This document shows positions 26,126-36,590 of a DNA stretch of 64,000 bases, one piece after another. Each line of letters starts with the position of its first letter. Position 1 is the first letter of the stretch. The stretch is from a virus, in IMG/VR virus record IMGVR_UViG_3300021091_000014, positions 92,638 through 156,637 of that record; one strand, given 5' to 3'. The translations under genes were made by a program, and so were the position numbers. The notes beneath the pieces are model-generated. The model was given only the letters and a program-made list of their open reading frames with translations. It did no database searches and was not told the origin of the DNA.

Positions 26126-26674
26126 ATGACAGCTATTTCAAGCCTACCAGAAAATAAAAACTTCCTATCACCTCTAGGGTTTACTTTTACTATAAAGAAG
26201 ACCCCCGGGGTTAATTACTTTGTTCAATCAGTCTCTCTACCAAGTTTAACTCTAGGTCAATCAGACATACAGACACCCTTTGTTAAACTGCCTATTCCAG
26301 GGGATCACATTGACTTTAGTACTCTCTCTATTACCTTTCGTGTAGATGAGAACCTAAAGAATTATAAAGAGATATTTGATTGGATTATTGCATTAGGATT
26401 TCCAGAAGGATTTAATCAATATAACGCCATTGCTCCGAGCAGGGGCAAATTTGGCGGATCGATTAATAATCCTGTGGCAGGAACAGGGGTTTATTCGGAT
26501 GCATCTTTAATGATACTTAACTCAGTGAAAGCGCCTATCGTTGAGTTTGCATTTAAAAATTTATACCCTATTTCTCTTTCAGACATTCTGTTTGATACAA
26601 GAGATACAGACGTTAATTATGTTGACGTTACTGCAATGTTCGCATTTGAACAATTTAAGTTGAATTACGTGTAG
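26126..26674 (+). CDS. gp3: Tail tube terminator/completion protein gp3
   Basis: NFLSPLGFxF, FRVDENLxNYxEIFDWI, SDASL; GATAAATA at 26113-26120. Confidence 0.88.
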   Translation: MTAISSLPENKNFLSPLGFTFTIKKTPGVNYFVQSVSLPSLTLGQSDIQTPFVKLPIPGDHIDFSTLSITFRVDENLKNYKEIFDWIIALGFPEGFNQYNAIAPSRGKFGGSINNPVAGTGVYSDASLMILNSVKAPIVEFAFKNLYPISLSDILFDTRDTDVNYVDVTAMFAFEQFKLNYV

Positions 26675-26688
26675 CAGTAGTCTATAAT
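26660..26688 (+). promoter_or_regulatory. Sigma70-like early/middle promoter before uvsY
   Basis: TTGAAT-N17-TATAAT. Confidence 0.65.
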
Positions 26689-26711
26689 ATTATGATTACT
26701 GTGAGGTGAGT

Positions 26712-27146
26712 ATGAAATTAGAAGAAATTCAATCCATGTGGGAAAAAGATAGTAGTATAGACAGAACCGAGCTCGGTGAAGAGAGTCTTCGTATCCCGCA
26801 ACTACATGCAAAGTACTTCAAGATCTTTTCTGAAGAAAGATTAACTTTAAGAAAATACGAAACTGCATATAAAAAACTACACAAATCAAAGTTCGAATAC
26901 TATAACGGAACTATTAGTGAGGAAGACCTGAAAGAGAACGGATGGGATCCTTTTCAGTTAAGAGTTCTAAAATCAGACATTGGTGTGTACTTGCAGTCTG
27001 ATAGTGAAATGTGTGACTTAGAGTTACGTGTAGAACTACAAAAAGAAAAAGTAGAATTTTTAGAATCAATAATAAAAAATCTTCCTGCGAGAGGCTACCA
27101 AATTAATGCCGCTATCGCATGGGAGAAGTTTAAGGTTGGTGCGTGA
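26712..27146 (+). CDS. uvsY: Recombination mediator UvsY
   Basis: WEKDSxID, IPQLHAKY, RGYQINAAIxWxKF; position before uvsW. Confidence 0.88.
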   Translation: MKLEEIQSMWEKDSSIDRTELGEESLRIPQLHAKYFKIFSEERLTLRKYETAYKKLHKSKFEYYNGTISEEDLKENGWDPFQLRVLKSDIGVYLQSDSEMCDLELRVELQKEKVEFLESIIKNLPARGYQINAAIAWEKFKVGA

Positions 27147-28597
27147 TAACCGTAGAAAAAATTAATGACGTTCACATTAAACTACTTTGTGAGAGTGACG
27201 TTGCACAAGAATTAAGCGAGTACTTTACCTTTAACGTGCCAGGTGCACGATTTTCACCTGCCTTTAGGAACAAGATGTGGGATGGAAAGATTAGACTCTT
27301 TTCAACAGCCACACATTTAATTTACGGCGGGCTCTTACTCCATGTTCAAAGATTTGCAAAGGAACGAGATTATGAAATTAATTTTGCCGGTAATTATTTT
27401 TGTGACGAGAGCCTTTCACTGCATGAAGCCAATGAATTTATTAAAGAATTAAACTTATCAATAACTCCCCGTGATTATCAAATTGATGCTTTTGCCCACG
27501 CTGTAAGAAAAAAAAGAGCACTTTTATTATCCCCTACAGCATCGGGTAAGTCCCTTATAATTTACCTTCTTAGCTCCTATTATCTTTCCGATACTGATAA
27601 AATTTTAATCATTGTACCTACAACGTCACTCGTACATCAAATGGCGTCTGATTTCGTGGATTATGGTTGCGATAAAAACTTTATCCACAAGATATTCTCG
27701 GGACAAGAGAAAATGACAGACTCTCCGTTTGTTATTACTACTTGGCAATCAATTCACAAACTACCTAAGCCATGGTTCCATCAATTTAACTGTGTTATTG
27801 GTGACGAAGCGCATCTCTTTAAAGCTAAGAGTCTTTCATCAATAATGTCAAAGCTTGTAACTTGTCCGATGAGGTTTGGATTTACCGGTACTCTAGATGG
27901 CTCACAAACTCATAAACTTATACTAGAGGGACTGTTTGGTGAAGTTAAAAAAGTCACTACAACTGCTGAACTAATAGATCAAAAACATTTATCTCAATTT
28001 CAAATAAAAGCAATTGTACTCTCTTATACAGAAGAAACTAGAAAGCTTTTAAGGGGTATTGATTACCAAACAGAGATAGATTATATAAACGGCAATGAAC
28101 ATAGAAATAATTTTATTGCAAATCTAACAGCTTCACTTAAAGGTAACACCCTTGTTCTTTTTAAGATTATTGATCACGGAAAGGGACTTTTTAATTTAAT
28201 TAGTTCAAAATGTAATCAACAAAAAGTATTTTATGTTGATGGTGCTGTAGATGGGCTTTTAAGAGAAGAAATAAGAAAATCTATCGAAGAGGAGAAAAAT
28301 GGTATTATTGTTGCTTCACTTGGCACTTTTTCAACAGGTGTAAATATCAAAAACCTACATAATATTATATTTGCAAGCCCAAGCAAGTCTAGAATTAAAA
28401 CATTGCAGTCAATTGGTAGAGGGTTAAGATTAAGTACCAATAAAGAGATTGCAACTCTATATGATGTCGTCGACGATATTTCTTGGAAATCAAAAAAAAA
28501 TTACACTCATCAACATTTCTTAGAAAGAGTTAAAATGTACGATGATGAAAGATTCGATTATAAGATTTATAACGTTAATTTAAAGGACCAAGCTTAA
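27143..28597 (+). CDS. uvsW: SF2 helicase UvsW
   Basis: WDGKIRLF, SPTASGKS, DEAH, LQSIGRGLR. Confidence 0.95.
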   Translation: MITVEKINDVHIKLLCESDVAQELSEYFTFNVPGARFSPAFRNKMWDGKIRLFSTATHLIYGGLLLHVQRFAKERDYEINFAGNYFCDESLSLHEANEFIKELNLSITPRDYQIDAFAHAVRKKRALLLSPTASGKSLIIYLLSSYYLSDTDKILIIVPTTSLVHQMASDFVDYGCDKNFIHKIFSGQEKMTDSPFVITTWQSIHKLPKPWFHQFNCVIGDEAHLFKAKSLSSIMSKLVTCPMRFGFTGTLDGSQTHKLILEGLFGEVKKVTTTAELIDQKHLSQFQIKAIVLSYTEETRKLLRGIDYQTEIDYINGNEHRNNFIANLTASLKGNTLVLFKIIDHGKGLFNLISSKCNQQKVFYVDGAVDGLLREEIRKSIEEEKNGIIVASLGTFSTGVNIKNLHNIIFASPSKSRIKTLQSIGRGLRLSTNKEIATLYDVVDDISWKSKKNYTHQHFLERVKMYDDERFDYKIYNVNLKDQA

Positions 28598-28993
28598 ATG
28601 ATTTCTATTGTCAAATTACTTAATAGCTCTGAGTTAATTGGAGATATTGTTAATGATGAAAAGGAATCTATCACATTAAATAATCCGCTTGTAATTAATT
28701 ATCGTTACAAGAATGAACTTTCCCCTCCTATTATTTCCCTTTTAAGATATTCTTCTTTTACTAGTACAAAAGATATTACACTTAAAAAAGAGCATATCTT
28801 AACGATATTATCTCCTACAGATAATATGATAGGTTACTATAAAACGACTTTAAAAAATATAGTTGAACATATTGATCCTGCTGTTGATCAAGAACTTGCA
28901 GCAGCTGCTGGAGAACAAAGCGATCTTTCTCCTGAAAGCAAAGCCAAGCTTGCATTAATTGAAAGACATGTTACAAAGGCAACTCTCAATTAG
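28598..28993 (+). CDS. Hypothetical protein in the uvsW-gp55 interval, possible Sm-like fold
   Basis: IVKLxxxxELIG...LxNP pattern. Confidence 0.55.
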   Translation: MISIVKLLNSSELIGDIVNDEKESITLNNPLVINYRYKNELSPPIISLLRYSSFTSTKDITLKKEHILTILSPTDNMIGYYKTTLKNIVEHIDPAVDQELAAAAGEQSDLSPESKAKLALIERHVTKATLN

Positions 28994-29023
28994 TTGTATA
29001 AACATCCTAAAGTAAATTATAAT
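28994..29023 (+). promoter_or_regulatory. Sigma70-like promoter before gp55
   Basis: TTGTAT-N18-TATAAT. Confidence 0.5.
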
Positions 29024-29051
29024 TAATACGTTTACTACGTATGAAAGATTT

Positions 29052-29639
29052 ATGGCTAACGCGCACTATGTTGATAATAAAAAACTATATCAGGCAATTG
29101 TAGAATATAGAAAAATTGTAAGAGAAAAAGAAGAACAGGGACTAGAGATACCACCTATTCCTTCTTATATTGGGCATTGTATGTTAATGATCGCTCAAAG
29201 ACTTTCTCTTAAACCAAACTTTGTTAACTATTCATATAGAGAAGAAATGATCTCCGACGGAATAGAAAACTGTGTGTGTTATTTTGATAATTACAATCCC
29301 GATCGCTACGATAATCCATTTGCTTATTTTACGCAAATTATTTACTTTGCATTTCTTCGAAGAATTCAAAAAGAAAAAAAGCAACTTTACATAAAGCATA
29401 AAACTCTAGAAAATTCATTTATAATGAATGAGCTTGTAGAGCAAGGAGAGCATGATGATGGTGACTTTACACCGGTGTATATTGATTTAGAAAACGAAAA
29501 TATGAATGAGTTTATTAAAGCGTTCGAAGATGGTTTAGATAAAAAACGAAAGAAAAGAAAACAAGGTTTAGAAAAATTTATAGAATCAGAAGAGCAAGAA
29601 GAAGTTATTGATACTGACGACGAAGAAGAAAATACATAA
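29052..29639 (+). CDS. gp55: Late transcription sigma factor gp55
   Basis: HYVDNKK, KPNFVNYSYREEMISDGIENC, NPFAYFTQIIYFAFLRRIQKEKKQ. Confidence 0.96.
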   Translation: MANAHYVDNKKLYQAIVEYRKIVREKEEQGLEIPPIPSYIGHCMLMIAQRLSLKPNFVNYSYREEMISDGIENCVCYFDNYNPDRYDNPFAYFTQIIYFAFLRRIQKEKKQLYIKHKTLENSFIMNELVEQGEHDDGDFTPVYIDLENENMNEFIKAFEDGLDKKRKKRKQGLEKFIESEEQEEVIDTDDEEENT

Positions 29640-30697
29640 TGCAAATTGCAATCTTAGGTGATACTCACTTCGGTGCGAGAGGTGATAGTCCTTTCTTTCA
29701 TAAGCATTTCAAGACATTTTACACCGATGTCTTTTTTCCTTACCTAGAGAAAAATAATATTGAACATATTATTCAGTTAGGGGACGTATTTGATAGACGC
29801 AAGTTTGTTAACTATCAAACTTTAAATCACTGTAAATTATATTTTTTTGAAGCATTAAACTCAAAACATAAATCCTGGTTATTAGTTGGTAATCATGATA
29901 CCTATTATAAAAATACTAACAAAGTAAATTCCCTCGATCTATTACTTAAAGAATATAAAAATATTAATCAAGTACAGCAACCATACGAGATTTCTTTCGA
30001 TGGAGTTAGCGTTCTTATGGTACCTTGGATATGTGCCGATAATTACAACGAAGTAATGCATGCAATAGATATTTCACAATCGCAAATACTTATAGGGCAT
30101 TTTGAAATAAACGGGTTTGAGATGCACAAAGGTTCATTCTGTGATGGTGGTATTGATCCATCAGTATTTAATAAATTTGACTTAGTAATATCAGGTCACT
30201 TTCATACTAAATCTACTAGAGGCAATATTGTTTATACAGGTACTCCTTATGAGATGACGTGGAATGATTATGAAGACAAAAAAGGATTCCATATTTTCGA
30301 TACCAACACAAGAGAGCTTAAGTTCGTACCAAACCCTCTTTCTATGTTTCACAAGATATGGTACGATGATAGCAACTCCTCGATGAACGAAATTGTTGCT
30401 CAGGACTTCGACAAGTATAAAGATACGATCGTAAAAGTAATTATCAAGAATAAACTTAATCCAGTATGGTTTGATATCTTTATTGAGAAGCTGGAGAAGT
30501 CCGGAGTTATTGACATGCAAGTAGTTGAGGATCACCTTAACCTAAATCTTGAGGATGATTCCGATATTGTTAACGAAGCGGAAGACACTCTTACGATACT
30601 TAACAAGCATGTGTCTCAATTGGAACTAAAAGCGGATAAACAAAAGCTGGAAAACTTATTACGTACACTTTACAATGAAGCATTATCTATGGAGTAA
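29639..30697 (+). CDS. gp47: Recombination endonuclease subunit gp47 (Mre11/SbcD-like)
   Basis: GDTHFG, GDVFDRR, GNHD, SGHFH metallophosphoesterase motifs. Confidence 0.95.
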   Translation: MQIAILGDTHFGARGDSPFFHKHFKTFYTDVFFPYLEKNNIEHIIQLGDVFDRRKFVNYQTLNHCKLYFFEALNSKHKSWLLVGNHDTYYKNTNKVNSLDLLLKEYKNINQVQQPYEISFDGVSVLMVPWICADNYNEVMHAIDISQSQILIGHFEINGFEMHKGSFCDGGIDPSVFNKFDLVISGHFHTKSTRGNIVYTGTPYEMTWNDYEDKKGFHIFDTNTRELKFVPNPLSMFHKIWYDDSNSSMNEIVAQDFDKYKDTIVKVIIKNKLNPVWFDIFIEKLEKSGVIDMQVVEDHLNLNLEDDSDIVNEAEDTLTILNKHVSQLELKADKQKLENLLRTLYNEALSME

Positions 30698-30699
30698 TC

Positions 30700-31185
30700 G
30701 TGAATATTTTCTTTCTTAGTAATAAACCTAATGATTGTGCTCGTCAACACTGCGACAAACATGTCGTAAAGATGATACTTGAGACAGCCCAGCTGCTATC
30801 AAATGCCCATCATATGCTAGACGGTGATCAAGTTATTAAACCAATCTATAAACTAACACATAAAAATCACCCATCAGCAATATGGACACGTTCAAGTATT
30901 GTGCATTATGAGTGGCTCTGGCTACTGCTTGGTGAACTATGTAAAGAGTATACACATCGTTATGGTAAAGTACATAAAGCAGAACGCGACGGACTTATTG
31001 AAATACTTAAGACACCCCCTAAAAATATCCCAAAAGGTGTCTTAATGTCCGAACCTCCTCCTGCCATGCCCGATGAGTATAAAGTATCTAACGTAGTAGA
31101 GTCGTATAGAAATTACTATAGAGGTGCAAAACGTTCATTTGCACGTTGGACCAATAGAGAAATTCCTGAATGGTTTAATGGATGA
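30700..31185 (+). CDS. Pyrimidine-dimer DNA glycosylase (DenV/endonuclease V-like family)
   Basis: MNIFxL...HCDKHVVKMILExAQLL, THxNHPSxIW, EYTHRYGKxH, YRxYY. Confidence 0.75.
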   Translation: MNIFFLSNKPNDCARQHCDKHVVKMILETAQLLSNAHHMLDGDQVIKPIYKLTHKNHPSAIWTRSSIVHYEWLWLLLGELCKEYTHRYGKVHKAERDGLIEILKTPPKNIPKGVLMSEPPPAMPDEYKVSNVVESYRNYYRGAKRSFARWTNREIPEWFNG

Positions 31186-32897
31186 TTATATTTGAAAAAG
31201 TAAGATGGAAAAATTTTCTTTCTACCGGTAACGCGTTTACAGAAATAGCATTAACAAAAAATAAGTCTACTCTTATTATTGGTGAGAATGGTGCAGGTAA
31301 AAGTACCATTCTCGATGCTCTTTCTTTTGGCTTATATGGTAAGCCTTTTAGAAAGATTAATAAACCTCAACTACTCAATACTATTAATCAAAAAAGTCTT
31401 GAGGTAGAGATTGAGTTTAGAATTGGTAAACGTCAATTCTTGGTAAAGCGTGGAATGAAGCCCTCGCTATTTGAAATATATCAAGACGGCAAACTTCTTA
31501 ACCAAGATGCCGAGTCAAAAGAATATCAAGAGATGTTTGAGAGAAATATTCTCAAACTAAATCATAAGTCATTTAACCAGATTGTAGTACTCGGTAGCGC
31601 ATCGTTCGTACCCTTCATGCAGTTACCAGCAGCACATAGAAGAGAGGTAATCGAAGATCTCTTAGATATTCAGATCTTCTCTACAATGAATCTTCTGCTA
31701 AGGGATAAAGTACAGAAAAATAAAAACGATATTACTGATATAGATTATAATATGCGGTTAGTTGCCGAGAAGATTGAAATGCATAAAAAGCATTTACAGG
31801 CAATGAAGCAAAGTAATGAAGAAGTTATTGAGCAAAAGAAAAACAAAATTATTGAGTTAGAAACAAGTATTGCAGACGTTAAGACTAATATCACGAGACT
31901 TAATAATCAGCTTGAAAAAGCAACAAGTAGTATTTCTGATCAAGAAAAAGTTAAGCTAAAATTTGACAATATTGTTGATCTTAAAACAAAGCTTGACATA
32001 AAGCTTGACAAGCTACAAAAGGAAATAGAATTCTTTAGAGATCACGACGACTGCCCGGTATGTAGACAAGGCATTGATCATGTACATAAGAAAGAGATTG
32101 TCTCTAATGATAACGATCAGATACTCGAAGTACAGAATGCAATTCAGAAACTGAATGAGGACATATCTTGGTATACTCATCGTATAAAAGAAATCAGTTC
32201 AGTTAATGATAAGATTACTCTCTTGAACAGAGACATATCAAACGATAACGTTCAAATTACTACTCTACTCTCATTCATTACAGGCCTTAATGATGAGATT
32301 GATAAACTTAAAAAAGATAAAACTGTAACAGAAGATAACTCAGAAGAACTTAAGCAACTAAAAGGTGAATTAAAAGAGCATGTAACTAATAAAGAAGAAT
32401 TATTACAAAATAAATTAGTTCTTGATGTTGCGTCTATGCTGTTAAAAGATAGCGGTATTAAGACCAAGATTATTAAGCAGTATGTGCCTATAATGAACAA
32501 GCTAATTAACAAATACCTGGCTGCAATGGACTTTTTTGTTAATTTTGAACTTAACGAAAATTTTGAAGAAAAAATAAAGTCGAGATTTAGGGATGAGTTT
32601 TCATATGAGTCGTTCTCTGAAGGTGAAAAAATGCGTATCGATTTGGCACTCCTGTTTACTTGGCGTGCTATTGCTAAGCTTCGTAACTCTGCTAGCACAA
32701 ATTTACTTATTATGGACGAAGTATTCGACAGCTCACTCGATCATAACGGCACAGATGAATTCCTAAAGATACTCAGCACTTTGACTACTGATACAAATGT
32801 GTTTATTATAAGTCATAAAGGTGATACATTATTTGATAAATTTGAAAATATTATTAAATTTGAAAAACATAAAAACTTCTCACGGGTAACCGCATGA
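31182..32897 (+). CDS. gp46: Recombination ATPase subunit gp46 (Rad50/SbcC-like)
   Basis: GENGAGKST, CPVC zinc hook, FSEGEKMRIDLA signature, MDEVFDSSLD. Confidence 0.96.
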   Translation: MIIFEKVRWKNFLSTGNAFTEIALTKNKSTLIIGENGAGKSTILDALSFGLYGKPFRKINKPQLLNTINQKSLEVEIEFRIGKRQFLVKRGMKPSLFEIYQDGKLLNQDAESKEYQEMFERNILKLNHKSFNQIVVLGSASFVPFMQLPAAHRREVIEDLLDIQIFSTMNLLLRDKVQKNKNDITDIDYNMRLVAEKIEMHKKHLQAMKQSNEEVIEQKKNKIIELETSIADVKTNITRLNNQLEKATSSISDQEKVKLKFDNIVDLKTKLDIKLDKLQKEIEFFRDHDDCPVCRQGIDHVHKKEIVSNDNDQILEVQNAIQKLNEDISWYTHRIKEISSVNDKITLLNRDISNDNVQITTLLSFITGLNDEIDKLKKDKTVTEDNSEELKQLKGELKEHVTNKEELLQNKLVLDVASMLLKDSGIKTKIIKQYVPIMNKLINKYLAAMDFFVNFELNENFEEKIKSRFRDEFSYESFSEGEKMRIDLALLFTWRAIAKLRNSASTNLLIMDEVFDSSLDHNGTDEFLKILSTLTTDTNVFIISHKGDTLFDKFENIIKFEKHKNFSRVTA

Positions 32898-33412
32898 TAC
32901 ACAAACTAATTGAATGTGATAATCCAATACTACTCACTCCAACTGATCATTTCGATTTTAATAATCCTCCCATTAATCCTGTTGAACTAGTAAATGATTT
33001 AATAGAGACATTAGCTCACTATAAAGGAATGGGCCTTGCCTCACCACAGATCGGTCTTTCTTATCGCGTGTTCGTTTTATGGTCTCAAGAAACGCTTGCA
33101 TGCTTTAATCCTAAAATTGTTGATCAAACTACTGAAGAAGTTTTATTAGAGGAAGGATGTCTATCTTTTCCTAATTTGTTTATACCTATTAAGAGACCAA
33201 AATCTATTAAGGTAAGATTTGCTGATCCATTTGGTAACATAAGGACAGAAAAATTTACTGGTATGACAGCAAGATGTTTCATGCATGAGCTTGATCACCT
33301 AGATGGGATAGACTATACTAGGAGAGCTACTCAATTTCATCTTGAACGCGCACAAAGAAAACAAAAAATTATGAGTCGTCAAATGCGACGTAATGAGAAG
33401 GTCGCTATATAA
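32894..33412 (+). CDS. def: Peptide deformylase
   Basis: GMGLASPQ, EGCLS, HELDH motifs. Confidence 0.93.
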   Translation: MIHKLIECDNPILLTPTDHFDFNNPPINPVELVNDLIETLAHYKGMGLASPQIGLSYRVFVLWSQETLACFNPKIVDQTTEEVLLEEGCLSFPNLFIPIKRPKSIKVRFADPFGNIRTEKFTGMTARCFMHELDHLDGIDYTRRATQFHLERAQRKQKIMSRQMRRNEKVAI

Positions 33413-33449
33413 TAATACGTGCCCTTCCACGTAAACTAGGAGTAATAAC

Positions 33450-34298
33450 TTGTCAAAACTAAAAGTATCAGAATTATTTTATTCTATTCAAGGTGAGGGG
33501 CGCTATATGGGCGTTCCTTCAGTCTTTTTAAGAACGTTTGGTTGTAACTTTACTTGCTCGGGCTTTGGAATGCCTAAAGGAGTACAAAGTGATGAACGTC
33601 TTAACATCAATCCAAAAAAATATGAAAAGTATAATGAACTTCCCCTTGTTCATACTGGGTGTGATAGTTATGCTTCCTGGGATCCTCGCTTTAAGCACCT
33701 TAGTCCTGTTATTGAATGTTCCCAACTGGCTAAAGACATCGTTAACATCTTACCGGAAAAGAAGTGGCAGGACGAGCACTTAGTTATTACCGGCGGTGAG
33801 CCTTTATTAGGGTGGCAACGCTCGTACCCTGATTTACTTGAGCAAGAATGTATGATGGGATTAGAAGAACTAACCTTTGAAACAAATGGTACGCAGGAGC
33901 TAACAAAAGAGTTTGCTGATTATTTGTTTGTAGAGTTTACTAGACACGGTCGAGGATACGACAAACTTACTTTTTCTGTATCACCTAAACTTTCTATTTC
34001 TGGGGAAAAAAGAGATGAAGCAATTCGTCCAGAGATTGTTGCCCAGTACAGTTCAATCGGATACACCTACGTTAAGTTTGTTGTTGCTACAAAAGAAGAT
34101 GTAAAAGAGGCAAGACAGGCTGTGAACGATTACAGAGCAGCAGGATTTGCAGGACCGGTATATATTATGCCTTGTGGTGGTACTGATGAACTTTACTATC
34201 TTAATCACAGACAGGTAGCAGAGTTAGCAATGAAAGAAGGGTTGAGATATTCTGATCGGCTACAAATACCTCTATTTAAAAATGCCTGGGGTACATAA
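33450..34298 (+). CDS. queE: 7-carboxy-7-deazaguanine synthase (radical SAM)
   Basis: ELFYSIQGEG, FLRTFGCNxxC...CDS, ITGGEPL, ETNGT, SVSPKL; cluster context; TTG start after a GGAG RBS. Confidence 0.9.
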   Translation: MSKLKVSELFYSIQGEGRYMGVPSVFLRTFGCNFTCSGFGMPKGVQSDERLNINPKKYEKYNELPLVHTGCDSYASWDPRFKHLSPVIECSQLAKDIVNILPEKKWQDEHLVITGGEPLLGWQRSYPDLLEQECMMGLEELTFETNGTQELTKEFADYLFVEFTRHGRGYDKLTFSVSPKLSISGEKRDEAIRPEIVAQYSSIGYTYVKFVVATKEDVKEARQAVNDYRAAGFAGPVYIMPCGGTDELYYLNHRQVAELAMKEGLRYSDRLQIPLFKNAWGT

Positions 34299-34741
34299 TG
34301 GAACATTTAGTTTATAATTTTAAAAACTACATGGATGATTTTGTAGATTTAGTTTACAACATAGAAAAATCTAACATAAAATATGACTTAGTGGTTGGTA
34401 TTCAAAGAGGTGGTTTGATTGCAGCAGTTCACATATCAAATGCACTTAATATACCATTTGCTAATTTAAATTGGTCACACAGCGAAGGTAAGGTACGTGA
34501 CAGTTCTAACCCTCATCTTAAGACATCACTTGAAAGAGGTAGAAGAGTGTTAGTTGTAGATGATATTTGTGATACAGGAATAACTTTGTGTGAAGTTCAA
34601 CTAGCTTACCCGGGTATAGACACTGCTGTATTAGTCTATAATGAAGAGAATGAAAAACAATTTATACCGACATATTATGGATGGAAGTTAAAAAGATCTG
34701 AAATTCCAGAATGGTTAGATTTTTGGTGGGAGAAGAAATAG
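34298..34741 (+). CDS. Type I purine phosphoribosyltransferase (Gpt-like)
   Basis: VGIQRGG, PRPP loop VLVVDDICDTGIT, WLDFWWE C-terminus. Confidence 0.85.
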   Translation: MEHLVYNFKNYMDDFVDLVYNIEKSNIKYDLVVGIQRGGLIAAVHISNALNIPFANLNWSHSEGKVRDSSNPHLKTSLERGRRVLVVDDICDTGITLCEVQLAYPGIDTAVLVYNEENEKQFIPTYYGWKLKRSEIPEWLDFWWEKK

Positions 34742-35248
34742 ATGTCAAATTTAAAACCTATTACTTATAAGTTTGTTTCTACAAAAGAGTATGTTGATCA
34801 ATTTCCGTGCGCATATCGTCAATGGAAAGCGGACAGTCACTGTAACTTAATTCACGGTTATTCTTTTTCAATGAGGTTTTGGTTCGGTAGTAATGACTTA
34901 GATATTCGCAACTGGGTTGCTGATTATGGAGGATTTAAAGAACTTAAAGAAATATTGCAAGATCAATTTGATCACACTCTGCTTGTCGCAGAAGATGATC
35001 CGGAATTAGAAGTATTTAAAATGTTACAGGAGAAAAAGCTTGCCAAGCTGACCATACTTCCTCGACTTGGTTGTGAAGGACTAGCTGACATGCTTTATAA
35101 GTTTGTTAATGGTGTTTATGTCCCTGACTACTGGGGGCCAGGTGAAGCAAAACGTTTATGGTGTTTTAGAGTTGAGGTTAGAGAGACTCAATCAAATATG
35201 GCCTTCAGAGAAGGGCACCGTGAATGGAATGAAAATTTATTGGACTAA
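34742..35248 (+). CDS. queD: 6-carboxytetrahydropterin synthase/PTPS family
   Basis: HCNLIHGY, DYGGFKxLK, FDHTLLV, ExLA, VRET; between queE and folE. Confidence 0.82.
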   Translation: MSNLKPITYKFVSTKEYVDQFPCAYRQWKADSHCNLIHGYSFSMRFWFGSNDLDIRNWVADYGGFKELKEILQDQFDHTLLVAEDDPELEVFKMLQEKKLAKLTILPRLGCEGLADMLYKFVNGVYVPDYWGPGEAKRLWCFRVEVRETQSNMAFREGHREWNENLLD

Positions 35249-35251
35249 ATT

Positions 35252-35944
35252 ATGGAAAAAAATCTTGCACAAGTATTAAGAGAGCAAATGAAAGCTGATG
35301 GCAAGCGTTTTTGGGCCGGTGATAATATTTCTGAATATGTCGATCCCATCACAAAAGAAATTTTAATTGATGAAGCAGCCAAAGCATTTGAAAAAGTATT
35401 AGATACACTGCTTATTGACCGAGAAACGGATCCTAACTCTAAAGGTACAGCAAAACGTCTAGCTAAGATGTACTATAATGAAATTATGGCCGGGCGATAT
35501 GATCCATCTCCTGATTGTACTGCATTTCCTAACGATAGTGAAGAGAGGTATGAGGGCATGCTTGTGGTAAGGTCAGAACTTAAATCACTTTGTTCTCACC
35601 ATCATCAGCCTGTAAGAGGCGTTGCTTACATCGGTATTATTCCTGGCAGTAAGGTTATCGGGCTATCAAAGTATACTCGTATTGCTCAATGGCATGCTCG
35701 TAGAGGTACTTTACAAGAAGAACTTTGTAATGAGATTGCTAAGTCAATTAAACAAGCAACTGAGTCACCTGATGTGGCGGTTTATATTGCTGCCAAGCAC
35801 GGGTGTTGCGAAAATAGAGGTATTATGGCTCAAAGTTCACTAACTCAAACTACTGTACTGCACGGTCAGTTTCACGAAGCTTCAGTTAAGAAAGAGTTTT
35901 TTGATAACATAGCATTACAGCAATCATATGGGGAAAAGCTGTAG
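35252..35944 (+). CDS. folE: GTP cyclohydrolase I
   Basis: SLCSHH, IGLSKxxRI, LQEEL, HxCxxxRG. Confidence 0.95.
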   Translation: MEKNLAQVLREQMKADGKRFWAGDNISEYVDPITKEILIDEAAKAFEKVLDTLLIDRETDPNSKGTAKRLAKMYYNEIMAGRYDPSPDCTAFPNDSEERYEGMLVVRSELKSLCSHHHQPVRGVAYIGIIPGSKVIGLSKYTRIAQWHARRGTLQEELCNEIAKSIKQATESPDVAVYIAAKHGCCENRGIMAQSSLTQTTVLHGQFHEASVKKEFFDNIALQQSYGEKL

Positions 35945-35970
35945 ATTTAATATTCCGTAAATGTTATAAT
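35942..35970 (+). promoter_or_regulatory. Sigma70-like promoter inside the deazaguanine island
   Basis: TAGATT-N17-TATAAT. Confidence 0.5.
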
Positions 35971-35983
35971 ATAGGTTCTAATT

Positions 35984-36256
35984 ATGAAAGGAACCTCTAT
36001 GACTCAGACTAATTCTCGTCCTCGTGTAAAAGAAGACGGTATTGGACAACAAGCTATGACTCAACTATTTGCACTTTTTCCAGTTGCAACAATAGAGCTG
36101 TTTAGAGATCAATGCATCGGTCTTATTGAGCAATCTAACGGTAAAGAAAGTACAAAGTTACGTTTTAAGGATGAACTTAATCGTTTACAAAGTAAGACAG
36201 TTATGATGCAGAAAGTTACTAACTACTTCCTTGCCGGAGAAGGCAAAGGTGTATGA
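35984..36256 (+). CDS. Hypothetical protein
   Basis: ORF after a promoter; the true start may be the second Met, after AAAGGA. Confidence 0.6.
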   Translation: MKGTSMTQTNSRPRVKEDGIGQQAMTQLFALFPVATIELFRDQCIGLIEQSNGKESTKLRFKDELNRLQSKTVMMQKVTNYFLAGEGKGV

Positions 36257-36543
36257 ATGAGATATTTTTAAATACTTGGGATTGGATAAAAAGTGACTGG
36301 AAAAGTAACAATATTCGTTTCACAGTTGAAGTTATTGCCTGGGCTGTTAGTATCGGTTGTTCTATCACCATGGCACTTACAGTCCCTAACCCACCTTTAC
36401 TTATTTTATATCCTATTTGGATTGCTGGTTGCGCTATGTATGGGTGGGCTGCTTATACTCGTAGATCCTTTGGCATGCTTGCTAATTATGCACTGTTAAC
36501 GAGCATAGATACTATTGGATTAATTAGGATGCTTGCAGTTTAG
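36253..36543 (+). CDS. Small integral membrane protein
   Basis: Three hydrophobic segments in 96 aa. Confidence 0.65.
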   Translation: MNEIFLNTWDWIKSDWKSNNIRFTVEVIAWAVSIGCSITMALTVPNPPLLILYPIWIAGCAMYGWAAYTRRSFGMLANYALLTSIDTIGLIRMLAV

Positions 36544-36590
36544 TAGTAATTGTAGATGTAATTGATGAACTTACTCCTTAGGAGAATTGT

